From: an uncultured Clostridia bacterium
GTDB taxonomy: Bacteria; Bacillota; Clostridia; Christensenellales; UBA1242
Reading direction: 5' to 3'
NCBI GenBank assembly: GCA_947626155.1
Contig: CANQRC010000003.1
Span: 1 to 47,092, forward strand
DNA: 47,092 nucleotides
Of the stretch, positions 20,501-29,500 are shown piece by piece. The notes under the pieces are model-generated. The model was not told the DNA's origin, ran no database searches, and saw nothing but the letters and a program-made list of their open reading frames with translations. Positions within the stretch are counted from its first letter, which is position 1. Each line of letters starts with the position of its first letter. The position numbers were made by a program, and so were the translations under genes.

Positions 20501-23500
20501 AGCCTTTATCTTGACGGAAGCGGCGAATACACCAAAAACTACATCTTGAAGAAGGGCGAAACAACTCTTGTGGACAAAGGTGAAATTTTGGACACAAAAA
20601 CAGTTCTTGGCACGCTTAAAATCAAGCAGAGCGGCGGCTTAACCGTGACTTTTGAGGACCTTACAACCAGTACCTACACCACCTCATTCAAAAAAGAGGG
20701 CTTTAGTTTTGAAATAACCACGCAAGACGGAAAAATTGTTTTAAAAATTGTTTCAGGCGGCAACGCGGAGCAGACCTACAACCTGCAACTCCTTGACAAA
20801 TCTGCAGGCAGCGTTATAACAGAAAAGGTGATTCTTGATATTTTGATTGAAAACCTTTCAGATATCACAGAGTCGTTTAGAAGTGAGGCAAACGGAGAGA
20901 CCGCCACGACAGTTAAAAACAGCGGAACATATTATTATGAAACACAAATTGGAGAAAATTTCTTAAAATATTATCAAACATTTGAGATTTCAAATGCATT
21001 TAAGTTTGTTATTGAAAAGGCAAAAATCAACTCCGACACTTGGAAAATTTCAAAGACTTATGACGGCACAAACACACTTAATTTGAACCTTCAGGGCGAG
21101 GCTCTTGAGGACGAAACGGAAATGTATGTTGTTGCAACATTCACTTCGGGCTTCCACGCCGGCACAAATTTGAGGGTTACGCTTGCGCTTGCAGGGGAAA
21201 GTGAAGACCTTTCAAACTATACGCTTACAAAAACAGAGTTTGAAGACGGAGAAATAAAACAAAGAAACGCAACAATAACATTTGGCACAACAAAAACACA
21301 ATATGAATATGGCGAAGTTTCGGCTTCCAACTTCAAAACAATTCTTCAGCGTGAAAGCGTAAAAGACGGCGGAACTGACGTTTCCAACATACTTTATGAC
21401 AACACATATGAACTTTCATATGAACTTACAGCAAAAGAGGACAACTTAACGCAGTCAGACAGAGGATTCTATTATGTTGGGACTTACACTTTCAAAATTC
21501 AAACAATTTCTTCACAAGATTTTGTCTTTACAATTGAAGTTCCAACATTCAGCATTGTGGCAAAGAATGTAACACACGTTGTTACTCCTGTCTCACGCAC
21601 AATTTTGGACAGTGTAGAAACGGACATAACAGACACTTACACCGACCCTGTCACGGGCGACGTCATCACTCTTCACTACACCATAAAGGAAACCGATTAT
21701 AACAACAACGGCAGATACAAACAAGGAACTTACAATTTTGTGCTGAGCTCTTGCACAAGCGATCCTGAAAAGTTGAAAGACAACTTTAACATCTCAATTG
21801 ACGAAAACAACAATGGGCTCACAGTCACTGTGGCTGCCACAACCCTTTATGTTGAAATTTCGGACGAGCAGATTTTGTCTCAAACATACAACGCAAAAAC
21901 CTATGAGTTTCAAGTTTCTGGCTCGGCACTCAGCCTGAAAAACAGCACTCAGGAACAAACCAGCGTTAACCTCACTTTTTATATTAAAACTGATGAAAAT
22001 GGCGGACGAGAAACTATAACAAGCGTTGACGCCTCCGGGCTGACTATTTACAGCGGAAGAGAGACAGACACCACCTTCAAGGATGCGGGGACTTACACTC
22101 TTCTTCTCAAGGGAACGGTTGATGGCTATACCGCCGTTTCATTTGCAAAGAAATATGATTTTGTGATTGGAAAAGTTACATTGACAGTCAGCGATGAAAC
22201 AGTCACAAAGACTTATGATAAAACCACCAAAATCTCAAGCATCTCCGTTACGGGCGCTATTTCCGGAGACGATGTTGTGGTTAGCGGCGAGTTTGAGGAT
22301 TCAAATGTAAACAAAGTTGTGGACGGCGAAGTGCAACTTTGGAACGTTCAACTCTCCTTGAGCGGAACGGCTGCAAGCAACTATGCTCTTTCAAAGGATA
22401 CAATCAAGGGCGAAATCCAAAAAGCAGACGCCGAGATAGAATACTCTGGGCAAACTACGGCAATTTTTGGCGAGATTGACAAGAACTTCTCTTTTGACAG
22501 CAAGGTTACAGTCAAAGCCACCGATAAGTCAGAAGTTGCACGCTCTCAATATGAACTTAGCGTTTCAATTTCAAGGACGGCCGATGGTGATTTATACAGC
22601 GAGGCAAATTATTTGCACGCCGGCTCTTACACAATCACATTTTCGGCGGTTGAATCAGCCACGAGAAACTATAACATTACCCAAAAATCAATCACGCTCA
22701 CAGTTACAGCAAGGCAAATCCAAATTGTGTTTGTGACTTCAGGTCAAATTAAGGCATTCTTTGGGGACAAGTCAACACAAACCAACCAAATTGACTATGT
22801 TTACACAGTTCCAAGATACAACGAAACAATTTCGCTTGTTTTGACAAGAGAAAAGGCTGAAACAAATGCAATTGGCTATTATAAAATCACCGGCGCAACT
22901 GTTAAGACGGGCGAAACATATTCTGACGACTACAGCATAAGCTCCGTTTCTGACAACACGCCAGAAGGCGAGGGCGCTTATCAAATTGTTGCGCCAGATG
23001 TTCCACTTTATGTCCTCTTGGGCGAAGCGGATACGATCAACAAAAACAGTTATTCTGACCTGCTTAAAATTGAATATGACGGAAAAGTTTACAGTTCAAT
23101 AAGCATTGGCGGAGACGCTGAGACGGGCTATGAACTTGTTGTGACAAGCAGTGACGGCGAAACATCTCACCGATTCAAAATAAGTTTCTACACCGTTGAT
23201 GAGGCTGGACAGGTTTACACTAAGCATGACGCCGTTGCGGGGCTTTCTTCCCAATTTTCTTACGTTGGCGCTTTGTCAAAGGATGTTGGCACCTATGCCA
23301 TGAGGGCATATTCCACAGTTGCAGGCGACTATTCTCAAAATGTCAAACTTGGGCTTTATGGCGAGCAAAACTGCTTTAAACTTTCAATCACTCAAAGGAA
23401 AGTCACTTTGAAAGTTGCGGACAACATTTTCAGCAGAGAGTTTACAAATGCTCAGGCGGTTTATCACTTCACAAGCGCCGAGTCACAAGATATGCTTTCA

Positions 23501-26500
23501 AATCTTGTTTCGGGCGAGGGTTTGGGCTTCACACTTACAATGTATGAAAACACCGCCGAGGCTGGGCAAGCTCCAGTTAAGGGCGGCATTGCAAAATATG
23601 TGAATGCTTCAAGCGACTATATTTTGGGCGGCGAAATTGATCCAACTGACGCAAACAGAAAAAACTATATTTTAAGCGTTGAAAATGTTGTGGGAAAAAT
23701 CACAAAGGCCACTCTTTATATTGTGATTGACAATTCAAAACTCATATTTGACTACGGCACACTTAAAAACGATGAAAATTTGCCTTTCACGTACGATGCG
23801 CCAGCAAGTGTAATTAACTTTAGTTCTTATCTTGAAGATGAAACAAGCAAGCAAAGGCTGGATTTTGACATTAAAGTGGATGCGGAAAATGCTTCAATCT
23901 CAACCTCGGGCTTCCTTGATGTTGGGTTCTATGATGTGAGAGTTTACACAAAAAGCGTTTTGGACTTTGATTTGCAATACATGGTCAATGGCACAATTTA
24001 CAATGCCGACGAAGGACGCATAAGGGCGGCAAGAGTTGAGATTGAGCAAATTCCTCTTACAATAACTGAAAAAGACGGACTTGCGCTTTCAACACTTTTC
24101 ACAAAGCGTTATGACGGCACAAAGACAATTGACTTCAAAGATGGTGACCAACTTAAATTTAATCTTGTTGGAGTTTTGGAGAAGGATTTGGTCACCCTTG
24201 AGAATGTTGAATATGAAAACAGCCTTGACGGCGAAAGAATTCCAATCATTTTCACATTTAATGGGGACGATGTTGGAAACTACAATTTGTCAGCAATTGT
24301 AGGAAGTTATTTTGGAACAATTACTGCTGTTCAAGTGAACATTGCCTTTGACACCAAGGCGGAAGCGGGAGATGAGATTGTAAATCAAGACGGCAAGGGT
24401 GTTTCAGAAATTATTGTAAAATATCCATTTGCAAGCGGAAACATCATGGCAAGTTCAGTGACTCCAGGTGCAATTTTCCCAACCGATATCAGAGGAAAAG
24501 CGGGGCACGCGTTCCTTGGCTGGTATATGCTCTTTGAAGATATTGAAGAAAACTCAAAGGAATATAATCTTTTGGTTAATTATTCTCAAAATATGCAGTT
24601 TACTTATTCCGAGAGAATTTTTAAGGTTAAAATTGAAAACAACACACTTGCTGTTGACTTCTTCAAAGCGCTTCTTGAGGACCAAACCTTGGGCTTCTAT
24701 TATCAAGATGAGAAGTTTACAACAAATGGACAGCCAATTACTTTCACACTTGAAGCAGATTGGTCGGTGAACTCTTATGAGGTTACAATCAATATTGTAG
24801 ATGAAAACGGGGACAAGTTTGCCGAGGAATATGATTTAGCAACAGTTAAATATGGCACAGCACAAACTTTAACACAAGAAACCGAAATGTTTGATATAAA
24901 GGGGCACACTTTCAGTCACATGGTTGTGTTCGACTACGGCTTTAAAGTTGGATTTATTCTTCCAGAGGATGCAAAATGCACCTTTATTGGCTTCTATTTG
25001 GGCACAACACCAATAAATGAGTTGGCCGACGATAATTTCAGGGCGGATTCTACACTTCTTTCCATAACAAACGTTAAAGAAGCTTATGAAATAAATTTGA
25101 GATTTAAAATCAGGACTGTGGAGGTCTCCCTTGACTTCTCTGATTGCAGGACTGCAACAGTGGCAAATACCGACGACTTTACTTCTCAGGGCGATAGGAT
25201 TTGGGCTTGGCAAACAAATTATTATGCTCTAAAAGAAAACAGCACATCAATAAAAGACTTGCTTGACCTTGCTCAGGTTCAGTTTGCGGGCTACAACCTT
25301 ACAAGCCTTGGCACCCACTCGGCAGAGCAGTTTGAACAGACGCATCTATTTGAAATTTTGCCAAGCGAACTGATAGATGACAGATATGTTTTGACGCTCC
25401 TGGGCAGTTTTGAGGCAAAACAAATAAGCGTGACCTTGCACTTTGGCTATGACAAAGATGAGGGCGAGGGTGAAAAGGTTGAAACGCACGAAATTACTTT
25501 TGACACAACATTTGGCGAGGCAGAATGGTGGCAAGAAACCCCAACAAGAGCGGGCTATGACTTTGTTGAATGGAGCACATCAAATTCGGGTGACGGACAC
25601 AAAGTTGACGGACAAACCCAAGTTACGCAAGAGGAAGCATATGTTCTCTATGCAATTTGGGAGAAGCAAAAAATCACAATTCACTTTGAAGTTGAAAACG
25701 CCACACTTGAATTCCAAGCTGTTGAGGGGCTTACAGTAATTCAATATGCTTGGGGATATGAAATAAAAGATATTGAGTATGCTGCGTCTATCATTTTCAC
25801 CATTACGCCAAGACTTGGCTATGGGCTTGGAGAACTTCCAAAAGAATTCTCAGTTGTGGAGGGCAACCGCTATCAATTTACCGTTCCGGCAAATCCAGAC
25901 AGAGAACAATTCTTGGTCTTCAAACTTCCTGTTAACAAAAACAACAACCAAGTTACACTTTCGGGCGACGAGCACGTTTCAACCGTTGCCGCTTTTGAGG
26001 GCGAAACTTCAAAAGATGTTGAGGCAGACCAATTTGAAGTGCTTACAGACACTGCGTTTAGAATTGAGGTTACCGCAGAAAAGGGCTATGAGATGACGGA
26101 GGAATTTTCTGTCACAGGAAACCCAGACGAAAACACAGACTTTAACATTTCTTCAAGAGTTAACACAATAATGCTTGAAAATGAGGAAAGGTCAGTTTTG
26201 ACCGTGAGCGTTACGGGGATAAAGAGCGGGCTAAACTTTGTGTTCTCAACTGCACCAAGAAGAAACACAATTTTGGTTGCATTTAAAGACCCAGAGGACA
26301 ACAACAGTTTGGAGGCAATTGACGATGTTTATTATAACGGCGCTTCACATACTGTCACCGAGAATCCACTTGCTCTCACCGTTTTAACGGGCACATCATA
26401 TGATTTCCATGTTAAGTTTGCTTATGGCTTCGACTATCAAAAAGGCGACTTTGAGGCGGACAAAATATCAGTAAGCGATGACGCAGTAAGCGAATATGAG

Positions 26501-29500
26501 GGATATGTTAAATTCACCATTTCTGGCGCGGAAACTGACGGAACAATTACAATTTCAACGCTGAGAAAGCAGTTTACTTTGACACTGAAAGTTGTTTCAT
26601 ATGACACCGAGGGCCAGTTGGTTGAAGATGTTTCAAATAATGTTGCTTTTGTAAATAACGAAAATGGAGCAGATGGCGTTTTGGTTGATTACAACACCGA
26701 GGCCATATTGACCGTTCAAAAAGCCACGGCATTTGATTTCGAGGGGTGGCTTGAAGATTACAACTCTCAGCCAATAAGTGGCGCTGAGCAATTCAGATAT
26801 AAAGTTGTGGCTGACAAGACGCTTTACGCGGTGTTCTACGAGGGTGAGTCATACAGAATTTGGTTTGGCACAGTGCTTCTTGAAGAAACCTTTGTTGAGC
26901 AAGAGCAAAACTTAGTTAAATATGAAGACTATAGAATTTATGACGATGGCGGGCTGTTCTTCGATAAAGATGAAGTTCAATTGCAGAGCGACTCTTCGGC
27001 ACAATTCTCATTCATTAAAAACATTTCATCAACAGAATTTATGTATGAACTGCCTTTGGGCTTTGACTTTGTTGGAGTTGGATATTATCTTAATGGCGAT
27101 TTTAAGGTGGCATTTAGAGGCGAGTTTGACACGCTTAATGGAAAGGCAATCTTCACACTTGCAGGAAGCCAACTTGCGTCAGATGTGACAAAGGTTTACG
27201 CTATTTTGCAAGCAAAAGATGTTGTGCTTAACTTTAGCTCCGAAATTGAAATTGAGGGCGCCATCTCAGAAGATGATGTTGATGACCCTGTTGGAGATGT
27301 GAGCATTAGAAGTGGCTCAAATGTTGTCAACAGTTTTGGATACATAAACTACACAAGAATTCACTATTCGGGTGAGGACTTTGTTGGCGGAAAACTGCTT
27401 TCCACCTCACAATTCTCTGTTATGGCATATTCAAATTGCAACTTTGAGTTCTTGGTGAAGATAAGAAAGAAAGGATATATGCTCAGCAGAATTGACTACA
27501 GCGGAGACATTTCAATTTACAATAAAGAAGAACAAACTGAGGACGGGCTTCTTTACACAATTTACATCCTTTCAACCAACACGGGAAGTTTTGACATAAA
27601 ACTTGTTTACACCTCACAACTAAACTTTGTTGACTTGTCTTTTGTAAGCGAGAGAACGGGCAATGATTATGAGGTTGATGGCGGCGTGTTTGACGTTCAA
27701 ATTGACGAAAACAGCGTTGGCAGAGCATGGACAACAAACAATCAAACCGCAATGGCCACTGTTTCTGGCTACACCAATGTTGGCTTTAAAGTCACGGCAT
27801 ACATAAGGGCAGGCTTTACTTACAAGGGGTTGTTTGTGCTTGCGGCTGATGATATGGACATCATCACGGCCGAGGCTTTGTATGAGACACTTGTGATTGA
27901 AGACACAGGCTTCACAGGAAAAGTAACATTCAGCGTTGCTAACTTCTTGGATTTAAACAAAGTTAAAATCATCTTGACGCCAACAGTTTACACGGTTTTG
28001 TTCAAAGACGACAACACAACGCTTTTGACAAAAGAAGTTTACTTCTATGAAAACTTCGAGTTTGACAATGTTGAGATGTCTAAATTGCAGGCCAAAAAGA
28101 CAAATTATGTTTATCAAGGCTACTTCACAAGACAAAACGGCGCAGGAAAACTTTATGTCAACTCCGACATTATGTTTGTTGGGCCTTGGCTTGAGAATGG
28201 ATATGTTCTAAACTCAATCACGCCAACAAAATTTGTGCTTGAAGACAACGCACAAAAGTTGCCTGATGGAACAATTGAGATTTCGCTTTACCTTTATATG
28301 TCTTACTTAAAGACAAGAATAACATTCTCGTTCAACACTCCTCTTGACTTTGGCTTGACTGCAAAAGATTTGATTTCTGGAATAGATGATTATAATTCTT
28401 GGTATTACTTCACAGAACCTATGAGCATAGAGGTGGCTTACGGAACGGATATAAGATTTGTTGGGCCAAAGATTTCGGGCTATGAATTTTATAAGATGAT
28501 CATCTCTCAGCGCAGACCAGGCGAGAGCGATTGGACCGAAATTGACACCTCAAACTACGGAAGCTCAAACAACATTCCTTGGCTTTCAGATGAGGCAGAC
28601 CCATATGCAGAATGCAGAGTTGAACTTTGGTATTTCAGAGAAATAAGCGTTCAAATAAGGGGTGGGCTTGGTAAGTTTACACTTTCCCAGGATGGCTATG
28701 ATGCTTCAAGCAGGGGAAATGCTTATGCGCTCAACCAAAAAGGCTACTATGACCCTAACAAAGAGGTGACAGTCACCGCTGAAGCAGATTATGGTTATGA
28801 GTTTGTGTCTTGGAGTTCTTATCCACTTATTGGCAGACCTACAACAAACCCTGTTTACACCGTTACTCCTGCCGCAACCAGACAATTGTCGCTAAGGCTT
28901 GTCTTCGCTGGAAAGGGCGTGCTCTTAAGGTTTGAATATGACAACACAAACGGGAAAATTACCGAAGCTTCAAGAAAGGGATTTGATGGGGAAAGCCTTG
29001 GCGCAATCCAAAATCCAACAGATTTCAGTGTATTGGTTGGTGACACGCTGACGCTTTGCGTGTATAACTCTCCAAACTACGGCCTGTCTTGGACAATTAG
29101 ATATTCTCTTGGCGAAACTCAGGCATTTACAGATATCAAATTTGTGAAATATCAAAGTGGTCACCAATATTTTGAGTTTAAAGTTTTGCCAGAATTTATT
29201 CCGGTTGACTGGACGGAGGGCTACTTCCCAGAAGTTGTCATCACTCCAATTTTTGAAAGTGAGAGGCTCTCTGTGTTTATCACAACTTCCTTATCAGAGG
29301 ATTTGGAAAACGCCGTGGATGAAAACAATGTTAAAAACATAGGTTATTTGACTTATCTTGGCAACGCCGTTGAATCCTTCACCGCAGATATATCCTCAGA
29401 TATCCAAATTGAAGTTGTGGCTATGGACAGATATTCAATTTCTCAAATAACAATCACAAACAAAGGGAATGTTCTTGACGATTTGACCCTCTTTGACGGC

